This document shows positions 1 through 12,327 of a DNA stretch of 64,000 nt, piece after piece. Where the stretch lies: the NCBI GenBank assembly GCA_963693365.1, contig CAVNZM010000011.1:124001-188000 (forward strand). The letters are read 5' to 3'. Every line of letters begins with the position of its first letter. The stretch's first letter is position 1. Both the position numbers and the translations under genes were made by a program. The notes beneath the pieces were generated by a model. The model was not told the DNA's origin, ran no database searches, and saw only the letters and a list, made by a program, of their open reading frames with translations. This DNA comes from Amoebidium appalachense. Its lineage: Eukaryota; Protista; Ichthyosporea.

Positions 1-1334
1 CACGGGGGGTTTTTGGGAGAGTGTGGCTGAGCGTGGCATTGAGGTGATGGGGGAGATGGACCCCGGGTCACTGGCCACACTCACGGGGGCACTGGGGCAT
101 GTGGGGGTGGGCTGGCCGGAATTCTATGCAGCCATGGAGGACCACGTGCTGGCCACATTCATGATGGTAGGGCCCCGGGTGTGGGTGGTTGAAAGGGTGG
201 CACGTGCAAGTGGCTCACTACATACATGCACGTGCAAGTGGCTCACTACATACATGCACGTGCAAGTGGCTCACTCACATGCACATATTCATACACTGGT
301 GCACACAGGTGGCCACACCCACCTACACACACAAACACGTGCACATACCCACACACATCCCTGCGTACATGCACATGCACATTCATATGCACATGCACAT
401 ACGCGCACACGCGCACGCGCACACACTCACTCCCTCACTCACTCACATACACACACAGACACACACAGACACACACGCGCACACAAACAAACACACATAC
501 ACACATTCGCACATACACCCACACCCACACACAACACACACACACCTGCACACCTGCACACAAACACACGTACTTATATATATTGACACACACACACACA
601 CAACCACACGTACATATATATATTGACACACACACACACACACACAAACACACGTACATATATATATTGACACACACACACACACACAAACACGCGTACA
701 TATATATATTGACACACACACACACACACAAACACGCGTACTTATATATATTGGCACACACACACACACACACAGTACGGGGGCTGGCACGTGGCCAGCA
801 TCACGTGGGCGTGTGCACGGACCAATCAGCAGTGTGATGCGCTGATGGGCCAGCTGCTGCGGTCGAACATGCTGGAGGCCCCCCAGACCAGTGCTCTGCT
901 GGGGCCTGGCGGGGCGGCCAATCTGCTGTGGGCATTTGGGGCCTTGGACTACACTGATGGGGGGGCAGGCCAGCGCCTGGCTGCCCTGGTGGCCCCGGCA
1001 GTGGAAAGGTGGGGTGATATGTGGGGGGGTAGATATCTGTGGGGGTAGATATATGTGGGGGGTAAGATATATGTGGGGGTAGATATATGTGGGACTAGAC
1101 ATGTGGGGGGGCAGTTATGTGTGGGTGTAGATGTGTGGGGATAGATATCGTGGGGGGATAAATGTGAATGCGGATAAATGTGTGTGGGAAAAGATGTGTG
1201 TGTGGGGGATAGACGTGTGAGAATAGACGCGTGTGTGGGTAGATGTGTGTGGGGATAGATAGGAAGTTGCCTCACACTGCATCCCCATGCCCCATCTCAC
1301 ATCATTCTCCCTTCACACACATGCACAGACATAC

Positions 1335-1432
<98 letters not shown>

Positions 1433-2595
1433 CTATCCCTGCACGGGCTAGGCCAGGCCGCCTGGGGGCTGACGTGCCTTGGGCAGCTGCAGCCGACGCT
1501 GATGGCGCAGATTTTTAGGCGGGTGGCTGGGGCCAGGGAGGTGGGCCGGGCCAGCATGGCAATGCTGTATCAGGCTGACCTGGCGGTGCGTGGCCTGGGT
1601 GTGGTCGGGCTGTGTGGGTTATTCGGCACATGGGTGGTGTGTGTGTCACTATGGCGCGGTATGCTGCATGCTGGGTGCTTCTATCTGCACGTGTGCATGG
1701 CATGGTGCATCGTGTAGTGTGGAGCACATGCTGACGCAGCATTGCACAACAGCTCCGGCAGAGTGGGGTGATGAAGAGTGTGGGCCTGCGCCCAGACCAG
1801 CGCGAGGCATTCCGATTGGCTGTCGGCCAGCAGGCCCCCAGCCCATTGGTTGACGAGGTTCAGGCCACCCTCCAAAATATGCAGGCCAGGGTGGTCAGGT
1901 GAGGGGCTGCATGCTGTAGACTAGTGGTGGGGGGCTGCATGCTGTAGACTAGTGGTGTGGGGCTGCCTGCTGTAGACTAGTGGTGGGGGGCTGCATGCTG
2001 TAGACTAGTGGTGTGGGGCTGCATGTTGTAGACTACCTGCCCCAGTGGGCTGACAGGGGGCCCAGGGATCACGTGACCCATGAAGGCTACCGGCTGGCTC
2101 TAGCGCAGCCCGACAGGGGGGTGGGCATAGTGCCATTGGGCCCCCAAAGCTACAGCATGGACCCCCACACGAGGGGAAATTACAGGTATGCACCCCCATG
2201 CCAGTGAATTTTTGGGGGGCATGGGGTCTAATATTATTGAGCCCCATGCTAGCTCACAAGGTGGGCACTAGGGCATAGTTCAACACACACTATCTTTATA
2301 ACTATGCCTGCTAGGTATATCTCCCTGTCTATGCCTGCCAGGTATATCTCGGTATGCCTGCCAGGTATATCTCCATATCTATGCCTGCTATATATATCTC
2401 CCTGTCGGTGTCTGCTAGGTATATCCTCCCTGCCTATGCCTGCTAGGCATATCTCCGTGTCTATCCCTGCCAGGTATACCTCGCATATAACTGAACCTGC
2501 TGAGTGTGCTGCAGGCTGATGGGTGAGGCCCGGCTGCAAATGGACCAATTAAAAGCTGCGGGTTGGCACTTAGTGCAGGTGGGTAACTGGGCCCC

Positions 2596-2633
<38 letters not shown>

Positions 2634-2774
2634 CTGCGTTGTCGGGTCACAGTACGGCCTCGTCCCCATGGACACCACGTTTTGTAGTCTCCAATTAAAT
2701 TAGGGTTGAAGAGCACCACAAGAGGTGCTTGGGGGGGGTTTTGTGTGTGTGTGTGTGTGTGGGTTTTTTTTTTT

Positions 2775-2805
<31 letters not shown>

Positions 2806-3067
2806 GGGGGTGTAATGTGATGGTTCTCTGGTGTCATTGTTTACTTTGGCCCATCCCGTGCCACATCACGTGCGAATTTATGAATATATAGCCTTGGCCC
2901 ACCATGCACACCTATTGATAGGCTTGGCCCACCATGCACACCTATTGATAGGCTTGGCCCACCAGGTGCCCCACCACGAATGGGCGGCCTGTGGGTCCAC
3001 CCAGACGGCCAAGTATCTGCGCCGACGGGTGGCGGCAGTCATGAGCCCCCAGTGGCTGGCCTCGTAG
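1..3067 (+). CDS. RAP-domain / FASTK-like organellar RNA-binding protein, 5'-truncated by the window edge
   Basis: Phase-consistent GT-AG exons <1-166, 776-1008, 1432-1585, 1753-1898, 2057-2185, 2515-2578, 2966-3067. Helical repeats (VASITWACAR, AANLLWAFGALDY, LGQAAWGLTCLG) are followed by a RAP-type C-terminus: THEGYRLALAQPDRGVGIVPLGPQSY...LKAAGWHLVQVPHHEW...KYLRRRV. Confidence 0.85.
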
Positions 3068-3754
3068 TGGCCAGTGATTGGGCGGTTGGATGGAGGGCCA
3101 CATGCACATTACTGTGCACGTGGTGGGTGGCAGGCATACAGCCAGTGGGCATGCAAGAGGTACCCTAGGCCTGTGATGGTGGGCTGGCACTGATGCCGTG
3201 CTGTGCACGTGCCTGTTGCTGGTGGCATGCAGTGTGTGCACGTGACATAGTGTGCGCCAGTAGGGCAGTGTGCACGTGGCATGTACGTGGTTCACGGGGA
3301 GAAGGGTTGATCATGACACGTGCTGGTTTATGTGACGGGCCAAGGGGTGGTGTGGCCAGGCACATGTGGCACGTCATGCCCCCACCCTTAGACACAGCGG
3401 CCCACTGGGCCACCGAAATGAAGCAGTGGGGCACTGTGTGCCCGACTCTTCTTACAGGTCTATTCGGCTGCCATTTATGGTTATCTACCGGCAGGATCAT
3501 CCAATCACTGGTGTCCTGCCCTACTTCCTACTTCGTGTTTGATTATCGGCCAATTACCATACCTTAGTTCAAGCCCCCCTCCCCCCCCCACCCCACACAC
3601 ACCCACACACCCAACCACACACACACACCACTGGGCCAGCCACCCCCTATAACTGATAGTTGCTTGCGCATACAGACTCTACATTTGAAAACAACACCGC
3701 CAATGCGGTCTTACAAGACCGTGTTGGCTGAACAAAGCAATACTTTTTTCTTTT

Positions 3755-4977
3755 CTAGAAGGGCAGGGAGGGTCTCCTCTGGGCCAGCCTGCTGCCTGTG
3801 GGCTGCACGGTCAGTGCATTTGCCTCCACCTGGCTGTTGTTGCTCTCTCGGCTGACACTGCGCTGCCGCCCAGCCCCCGGCCCACGAACAGCCAGCAAGC
3901 CCGAGTCTGGAGGGGGTGTCTCTGGGATGGGCTCTTTGGACACGCTGGTCTTGCGCCTGCGCCCCGGCAGTATGGTGGCCATGGTGAACCGGCCCAGCAC
4001 CTTCACACTGTCGTACACACTGCGCCCCTCCTTGCTGCGCTCAGGCCCTGGGCTGCCGGGTGGCAGGTTGCTGGGGGAGGGCAGGGATGGGGGCAGGCTG
4101 GGGGGCGAAGGTTCGGGGGGCACAAAGACGTCTGGGGCCAATCTTGGGGTCTGCTTTGTGCGCCTGAGGGGCACGGCCCTGGGGCTGCTGCGGGCCCACT
4201 CGAGCTCCAGGGGGGACGAGGAGTGCACGGTGGCATGCAGCGGCACAGACCCATAGCTGCTGGAACCCCCAGCACCGGTGACCGTGTATGCCGTCTGCGG
4301 GTGGTCCTGGGGATAGTCGTCGGGCCCAAATGTGTAGCTCATAGCGCCCAGCAGGTGGGGCCGTCTGCCCGGCTGCTGCATGGGCCGTAGGTGGTGCCTC
4401 ATGTCCTGCAGCAGATCCTCCAAGACATCGACCCTGCGCAGCCCACAGAACCACGCACTGGCCCACCAGTCGCTGTACAGCTGCACGTGCTTGTCGTACA
4501 GGGCCCGCTGCTGGCCGTGCCTTACCGTGCGCATTGTCGTGTCCAGGGCCCTTGTCAGGGCCTTCATCATGCGGTCTGGGCCCTGCTCGTGCCGGGCCTG
4601 CATGGCCGTGGCCTGGATGCGCACCAGCCGCTCGGGGGGGCACAGGCCCAGCCCCAGCAGCACGCCCAGGGCGATCTGCAGCCGCCGGTAGAGGGGGAAC
4701 AGCCCCGGGTGGGTCTGCACGGCCTGCTCGGCCTGTGCCCCCACCAGGCCCCTCACCACCCCTATGCCCCCCCCCCACAACAAGCTCCCCCTCCTCACTG
4801 GCCCGCCGCCGCACCTTCATCAGGCTCCCTAGACTCAGCCCCCCCCCCAGTGCCCCCGTCCGCCGGGTTGGTGGCGGCTTGGGGGGGAGGTGGTGGAGGC
4901 GGGGGAGCAACAGGCACAGTGGAGGGGGTGGGGCGCTGAGGGGTGCGGGTCACGGTGGTGGTGGCCATGGAGACCCC
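3755..4977 (-). CDS. Hypothetical protein, terminal exon; 5' structure unresolved
   Basis: 347-codon GC3-rich, non-repetitive ORF 3755-4798 (LFPLYRRLQIALG...LYSDWWASAWFCG, then a Pro/Ser-rich tail). Candidate acceptor before 4977. In-frame stops lie between two G-runs (about 4767-4776 and 4839-4848), consistent with compensating homopolymer errors. No family recognised. Confidence 0.55.
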
Positions 4978-5199
4978 CTGGGGTGGCGGCACGTGGGTGA
5001 GTGGGGAGAGAGGGGGGGGTGGGGTGGGGTGGGGCGTGGGGGGTGGGGGGGGATGTCCTTCGGTTAGCCACAAGCACAGCTGCAGAGCTGGTGCACCTGT
5101 GTGGGCCTGCGAGGTGGTGCAAAAAGAAACGCATGCGCCCAGCTGCCCTTGCCATATTGCAGCCCCCTCCCCCCTCCCCCCCCCCCCCCCCCCCTCCCC

Positions 5200-5242
<43 letters not shown>

Positions 5243-5481
5243 ACACACACACACAACTTCTCTTATACTATCGGAGCTATCGGAGCTAAACACCCAAACA
5301 GACCATGCAAACAAACATCCATGCTCGGCCACTGCAGATGGTTCCTTGGCCCACCCCCGACACCCTCACACAAATGCTCCTCTATTCACCGTCACCGATC
5401 CACGGGCCATGCACCAGTTCCAAACACCTTCTGCCTCCTCCCTCCCCTCCCTTCCCTCTCTCCCTCCCCCTCCCCTCCCCC

Positions 5482-5597
<116 letters not shown>

Positions 5598-7064
5598 CTC
5601 GAACCAACGGGGATACCACAGAAGGCTCTTGTGTCATTGGGAGCACATACAAGACATATGGTTGTAGACACGCATTTGCAGGTAAAGGCCCAAGTGAAGG
5701 GCTACACGCATGCACACGCCATAGAAAAGTATCAAGCAGGTTTAGCACACAGACAGGTGTGGCCACACTCGAACACCCACACACCACAATGCAGCCATTC
5801 TAAGGCATTTGTCTATGTGCAGGCACGCAGCACAATAACATAACGCCAGAGCTCGTTATCACGCAGATGTGACAGCTACTATAAGCGCGCACACATCCCT
5901 ACAGCAGGCAGGCACGCACAGGCCGGCCTGTACAAGCGCTCGAAAAGTTCAAAGCTCCCGAACCCAGGGGATGAACAGCAGAGCAGAACACCGATGCAAG
6001 CAGAAGGGGAGCACGCACGTACCCGCACATGTACCGGGTGGTTGCGGGGGTGTGCCCGTGTGCGTGCCTGTCTATGGGGCCGTGGCCAGCTGCGGGTATT
6101 GGCCGGGCAGTGCCCCCATGCCTGGTCCCCTCAGACGCCACCGCCGAGCCAGACCCTGTTCTGGAACCTGCTCTGCCTGCGTGTGCCCGTAGCCGTCTGT
6201 TATGCGTGTGGACCCGTGCGTGCCTGTGCGTGCTGTATGCCTGTGTGCCTATGTGCCTGTGCGTTCCTGTGCACCTGTGCACCTGTGCGCGTGTGTGCCT
6301 TTGTGTGCCTGTTTGTGCCTGTGTACCTGTGTGCGTGTGTGCCTGATGGTCGTGTCCGGTGTCTGTGTGTCTGTGTGTGCATAATGGCCCCTGCGCCAAA
6401 CCCACTTCTGTTCTCCTAGCCTGTTTTAGAGTGTTTTATCGCCTTTCAGAAGCTATACATGTGTGTGTCATGTGCACGCTGCCCTACCTACTACTATCGA
6501 CCAGGATCGACCCTCTTTGTTGTTTTGCCCAGCGCCTCAGTCGAACTTCGTTTCTGTTTGATGCGTCCAGTTGTTGGTGAGCCAAATGGGCTATTGCCGT
6601 ACATGATATATCAGTAGCCCTTGGGTGGTAGGAATTAAAAGATTGTCATAAAGCGCACTGATTGGCCTATTATAGTATTAATGGTTATCGCTATTGCCGG
6701 ATCTGGCTCAGTGACTCCAATCATTGCCGGAGTCCCTTTGTAACTCAGGGCCCCTACAATAGTCTCTCTGTTCTATGCACTTTGCACCACCCACATGTGA
6801 CTTGCCGTGCAGGCTCAGCCATGCAGCCCTCCCTCCTTCCTGGACACATCTTCCCAGGCTAACATGTGCGTGCGCTCTGTCCGCAGTTCTGCCCACTCAG
6901 TTTTCTGGTCAGGACCAAGCCCATGCATGCAGCCGTGCTGTGCATGTCTGGTGTTTTCAAGAAAGTGCTTGCGTGTTGCACGCGCGGCCGAATGGTGGCA
7001 AATGATGGTATTGATGATGTCTGGTGTTGCTGCCACGGTTTCGTAGTGAATGGTGGATGTGATG

Positions 7065-7183
7065 GCATGGTGGCATGGTGGCATGGTGGCATGGTGGCCT
7101 GGTGGCATGGTGGCCTGGCGGCATGGTGGCATGGTGGCATGGTGGCATGGTGGCATGGTGGCATGGTGGCATGGTGGCATGGT
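7065..7183. repeat. (GGCATGGT)n octamer tandem repeat, about 14 units
   Basis: Directly visible. Confidence 0.9.
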
Positions 7184-7418
7184 GGGCCGAGTAGCAAAAT
7201 TACTCAAATGAATGGTAAATTACGGAAATGAGGAATTTTGGGGAAGGGTGCAGCCTGATTTGTTACATATGTAGTCTGTGCCGTAGTGCGAGTGAAAGAC
7301 GTGTAGCAGGCTGGAGCCAGGTAGGGAGGAAAATCCGGGGCTTGGTCGCCGAGTGTGTGTGTGTGCATGCGGGAGAGGGGGGAAAGCAAGAAGTAAATTG
7401 GTGAAGGGGTGTGTGTGT

Positions 7419-7460
<42 letters not shown>

Positions 7461-7843
7461 GGGGAGTCGTGATCCAGAAAGTGACTAAAATTTGCAATTA
7501 CCAGTTGGGTTTTGCTGTTGTATGGACTCAGCAAGGCGCCGACAGCCTGTGTGCAAAACCCTCTAGCGCTACACTTGTTGCTTTGGTAGCAGACCCATTC
7601 AGTGAGAGTGGGCCTTCGTTGCATTTTTTTTTTTTCCTTTTTCTTTTTTTTTTTTTTTTTTTTTTTTTTTGTGGGGGGGGGGGGGGGGGGGGGGGGGGGG
7701 AGGGGGGTTACAAAGCACATACTTTGTGCGAATTTTCTTGACAACCGCTAATACAATGCAGATTTTGCATAACTTCCACTGGGGACCCACACCATCGAAA
7801 TTGGGTGCAGCGGAGCGAGCGGGACCGGGGGGGGAGAGGGAGA

Positions 7844-7877
<34 letters not shown>

Positions 7878-7904
7878 AAGGCCAGGGGGAAGGGGGGTTG
7901 GGTA

Positions 7905-7954
<50 letters not shown>

Positions 7955-8468
7955 CTTTCGTTAGCACACATGCAAACATGCACACACGACCCAAAAATCA
8001 ATACACGAGCACGTGGTAGACACGCTCATGCGCACCACTCAAACATTTTCAAGTGGACGTCGGTGCTGTACACGTAGGTCATATCGATAAAGGGCTAGCC
8101 TTGCCCAAGTGGGCCCGGGAGAGGGGAGGGAAGCTCCGGGGAGGCGGGATGGGGGGATTAGACGAGTTGTGAGCTGATCGGTGCCCGAGAGAAAGACGCA
8201 CACAGGTGGTATATGTTTGTGCATGTGTTCTCGAGCAAGAAGGGGTGGCCCGGGGGGGGGGGGGGGGGGGGGGGGGTCAAATAAATATCAAAGTGCAATG
8301 TCTGAGTTTAGGGCAGCACTTGCAGTCGATTGGAAGGCAGATTGCTGCCCTCGGGTATTCATTCGGAGGTGGGGCGTGGGCCAGCCAGCAAACCCCAATA
8401 CAGACATGTTCGGGTAGTCTATACAGAGTGGCTCGATATATCTGTACATGTGCGCGCTCTTTGTAGTG

Positions 8469-9020
8469 TCATTGAGTGCCTGCGGATCGTTTGTGGGTGT
8501 GCTGCTGTGTGGGGGTGAGCAGTCTGACATCATGCATGTGGGCGTGGATGGTGCCGGCCAGCAGGGGGGCCTCGGGGGTGTGTAGGGCCACGGTCTTGCC
8601 GTTGCGCAGGCACAGGCACACACAGGCAGGCAGCACAAGCACGTGCTTGAGCTGCCACGGCCGGTAGTGGAAGGCCTGCAGGCTGGCCCCCACCAGGATA
8701 TCCACCTCCCCATCCCCCACGTGCGCCAGGGCCTCGCGCTGGCACACGGCCAGCAGCTGGCCCTCCTTGTCCTTCTGCTTCTGGTCCACACGCACAACAA
8801 ACGCACTGCGCCCCGTGCCATTGCTCTTGCTCTCGCCCTTGTCTGTGCCTGCTGGGTCCGCACACACAGCCATGTACGTGTTTTCAGCGCTGCCGTTGGA
8901 AAGCATCCGCCTGCGTGTGTCAGTGTCCGTGCCTGGCGCATCATGGTGGCTGCAGCATGCCCTGGCTATGGTTGCGGCACTGCCGGCCACGGCCAGGCCA
9001 ACAAGCACAACACTCAACAT
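8469..9020 (-). CDS. Hypothetical protein with N-terminal hydrophobic segment and possible PH/PTB-like C-terminal domain
   Basis: ORF MLSVVLVGLAVAGSAATIA...AFVVRVDQ...FHYRPWQLKHVLVLPACVCLCLRNGKTVALHTPEAPLLAGTIHAHM with coding-like composition. TATA and CCAAT elements lie upstream on the same strand. The domain call is pattern inference. Confidence 0.55.
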   Translation of the reverse strand: MLSVVLVGLAVAGSAATIARACCSHHDAPGTDTDTRRRMLSNGSAENTYMAVCADPAGTDKGESKSNGTGRSAFVVRVDQKQKDKEGQLLAVCQREALAHVGDGEVDILVGASLQAFHYRPWQLKHVLVLPACVCLCLRNGKTVALHTPEAPLLAGTIHAHMHDVRLLTPTQQHTHKRSAGTQ

Positions 9021-9573
9021 CTCCGTGCAGGTGGGGGGGTGTGCCTGGGGACTGTCTCCACAGGCAGCGACATTTAAAAAGGTGCTTGCCACTACTTGCC
9101 ACTACTTGTATGTGTTGCTGGTCATCAGCAGGCTGCTTCACAATGTTGTTGTAGGTGTGCACGCCCGCAAATGTGTTTTGTATCCGATAGTGAAGATAGG
9201 CGCGAATGTGGCTGTGGTGTGTTAGTGCAGGCGTTTCAGGTTCTTGTATACTTGCACAGGTTCCTACATATATCATGGGAACAAATCATCTGCAAAGACG
9301 TGCACGAGGAGCAAAAAGGAATAGTGTGATTTGAATTGAGGACATCCGTATGGATTAGCCTTGTATTTGTCAAGATGTGGATTCGGACTTCAAGTGGAAT
9401 AGCTGTGCGTATGTACAGTGTCGATGGTTCTGCATCAACCCTAACTGGCCTGTTTGTGCGCCCTATATACTTTGTTAGCCACAACCGACACTGTTTGTGC
9501 TTTTGCTTTTCGAGGCACTAAGAGCAAAGGCCGTGCTGTTGCTGCAAAATGAAGGGTTGCTTGATGCCGGCTC

Positions 9574-9604
9574 TTTATATATCCCGGGGCGGCGCCCAGA
9601 TTGG
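9574..9604 (-). promoter_or_regulatory. TATA box plus CCAAT box upstream of the 8469-9020 gene
   Basis: Minus strand reads CCAATC (9604-9599), then ATATATAAA (9582-9574). Confidence 0.4.
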
Positions 9605-10157
9605 AATGATTTGGAATGAGCCACTCAGCGCTCTGCGTTTGCTGATTCGCAGAGGTGATTCGGATATATATATCCCCTACACCTGCCAGTTGGGGTTGAT
9701 AACATAAGATCCCGACAAACTTTGCTCATGATCAATCATGTATGACATGTCCACTGGTCCAGAATCACTGTTAGAGCCCTCAAATTTTAATTTCTATTTT
9801 TTAATTAATTATCTATTTTCTCTTGCTTAAAATGTTATAAAGTAGCTTACACTAATTGTTAATATAGAGCCTGAAATTGATAGGCTGAATTGATAAACTA
9901 GAAAAAATAAACTAGCTAAAATTTGACTGTTTTTCAATTTTCGTGGAGTATAGGGCACGGCTCGCATTTTTCGATTGGCTTAGGTGTGTCAAATTGATTG
10001 GGTCTGAGATTGTAGCACGTCGGATTGGCTAAAGGAGGGCTGACAAAGTGACAGTACACCGGCGCAGTCGCCCCTCGCACCACCAGTGTCGTGCTGAAGC
10101 ACATGCCCATCGTACTTATTTTAACACTGTGTAACTGAGGCCGAGAACTAGAAGAAA

Positions 10158-10310
10158 GAGAGGGGCGCGCAGGGAGGGGAAGGGGGGGGGGGGGGGGGGG
10201 GGGGGGGGGACGCGTCCCCTCTACATTTAATGATCAGGAGTCAGGGTGATCACGATCTAGTGTTGTTGAGCTTTTTTGATTTTGAAACGGGGAGGGGGGT
10301 AGTAGTAAGT

Positions 10311-10346
<36 letters not shown>

Positions 10347-10374
10347 ACCCACCACCCCTCTGCCGGCTGGGGAA

Positions 10375-10406
<32 letters not shown>

Positions 10407-10787
10407 ACCCACCACCCCTCTGCCGGCTGGGGAAGGGGGGGGGGGGGGGGGTTGGGGAGGGGACCCACCACCACCCCGAGTAGATGGGTCACCCCCCCGC
10501 CTGGGGGGGGGGGGGGGGGGGGGGGGGGGGAGGGGGGGGGGGGCTACCCAAGTATGACTAATATATATATAGTATGTATATTGGACACCAACTTGAAAAC
10601 ATATTGGCATTGCCTTCTCTACACCCACAAATTGGTATCAATTATCAGGCCCTGGGTCAAATTGGACCTGCTTACTAGCTGGCATCCCCCCCCCCCCCCC
10701 CTCCCCCCCCCCCCCCCCCCCCCTCTCCCTCCCTCGCCCCGGAACGACCGCTGGCCCGTGGGAGCTTCCCCTCTCTACGCCCCTTAA
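10158..10787. mobile_element. Possible non-autonomous element with degenerate terminal inverted repeats
   Basis: Left end AGGGGCGCGCAGGGAGGGGAAG resembles the reverse complement of the right end, AGGGGCGTAGAGAGGGGAAG. Internal duplicated unit (G)nTACCCACCACCCCTCTGCCGGCTGGGGAA. Related GGGACCCACCACC motifs recur at 11975-12130. Confidence 0.3.
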
Positions 10788-11135
10788 GATCTCATACGGA
10801 GACCGCAATGGCTGGTTGCTCATGACCATTGATATTCTCGACTATGTACAGTAAAGCACCCTTGCACACGCAGGCACACACACGTGCGCGCACGCTCTCC
10901 AATACGCTCGTGATCACAGACTGCCGTAGGGTAATATGCTCTTCTCTGTATAATGATGCCCGCGCGCACACGTGGCACACATTCTGAATTACATTTTTCC
11001 TCTCTAACTGCTTCCCCTTTAATATTCCCCCTCCCCCCCCCCCTCCCCCCTCCCCCCTCCCCCCCACCACCACCACCATCACACCACCACCCTCTTTCTC
11101 GCTCTTTATCTATCCCCCCCCCCCCCCCCGTCCCC

Positions 11136-11188
<53 letters not shown>

Positions 11189-11815
11189 GGTTATTTTTCT
11201 GATGCAATTTCATCCGTGCATCATGCGCCATCATGCATGCTCATCGTTTGCAATTGAACAACCGTTCACACACACACACACATATATATATATACTATGG
11301 CAATTCAGACACACATGCCACAAAAGGCACATGCGCGCGTGCAGATTTGGGCCAGAGAGGAGCTCTCTCAATCACTGGCACACACACACACAACACACGC
11401 ACACATCTGCACACAAACGCACACACAGGCAAACACGCACTGAGACACACATGCACAGTGACACTCACACGTGTGCACACACCCTCTTCTCTAGCACACA
11501 CGTGAACCCATGTAATTTTGCATATGTTAAGCGCATTGCGTCTACACAAGCTTGCACATGTGGCACGACGTTTACTTGCACACTGTCAGGCCACCACAAT
11601 GATTAGCAGCAGTGCCGAATGTCCACCCACCTGAAGGACACATACACACACGGTCCCACGTCTACACGGCACAAAAGTTGCAGACACACACTCCCAGTGA
11701 CATGTTGTGCATGATAGATTTGCCCTAACTTTGTCAAAATTCGAAGTCTTGGTTAAATTTTAGGAAGGGAAGAAGACTTAGTACAAACTTAAAGTTGGGG
11801 ATGGTGGTGGAGTGA

Positions 11816-11846
<31 letters not shown>

Positions 11847-12259
11847 AGGGGGGGGGGGAGGGGGGGAGAAGGCGGGCCTCCCAGAACTTGAGAAGGTACG
11901 CAGCTGCGGCCGGCGCGGAGGGTCCCGTTGGATTTTCCGTGAGGGGGGGGGGGGGGGGGGAGGGGGGGGGGGGAGGGGGGACCCACCACCCCACCAAAGA
12001 GGTGGGTCCCCCCTCCCCCCGGAGGGGGGGGGTGGGGGGGGTGGGGGGACCCACCACCCCCTCGAGCAGGTAGGTTCTCCCCCCCCCCCCCCCCCCCCCC
12101 CTTGGGGGGGGGACCCACCACCAGGGGGGACCTCAATACTTACTAGTGCCCACCCACCCATTTCAAATTCAAAAATGCCTTGTTTGGGTCCTGCGACACC
12201 CCCACTTCCGTCAGTTGACAACGGTTGCAGGGTGTTACAAAACAACTGCGGGCCGCGCG

Positions 12260-12327
<68 letters not shown>

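Noticed and set aside
6035-6176. Possible upstream exon of the 3755-4977 gene
   Set aside because: It has AG/GT boundaries, but the phase-compatible frame contains a TAG stop, so it cannot be linked.
6385-6397. ATGGCCCCTGCGC match to U6 snRNA
   Set aside because: Only 13 nt. The ACAGAGA box and flanking U6 sequence are missing.
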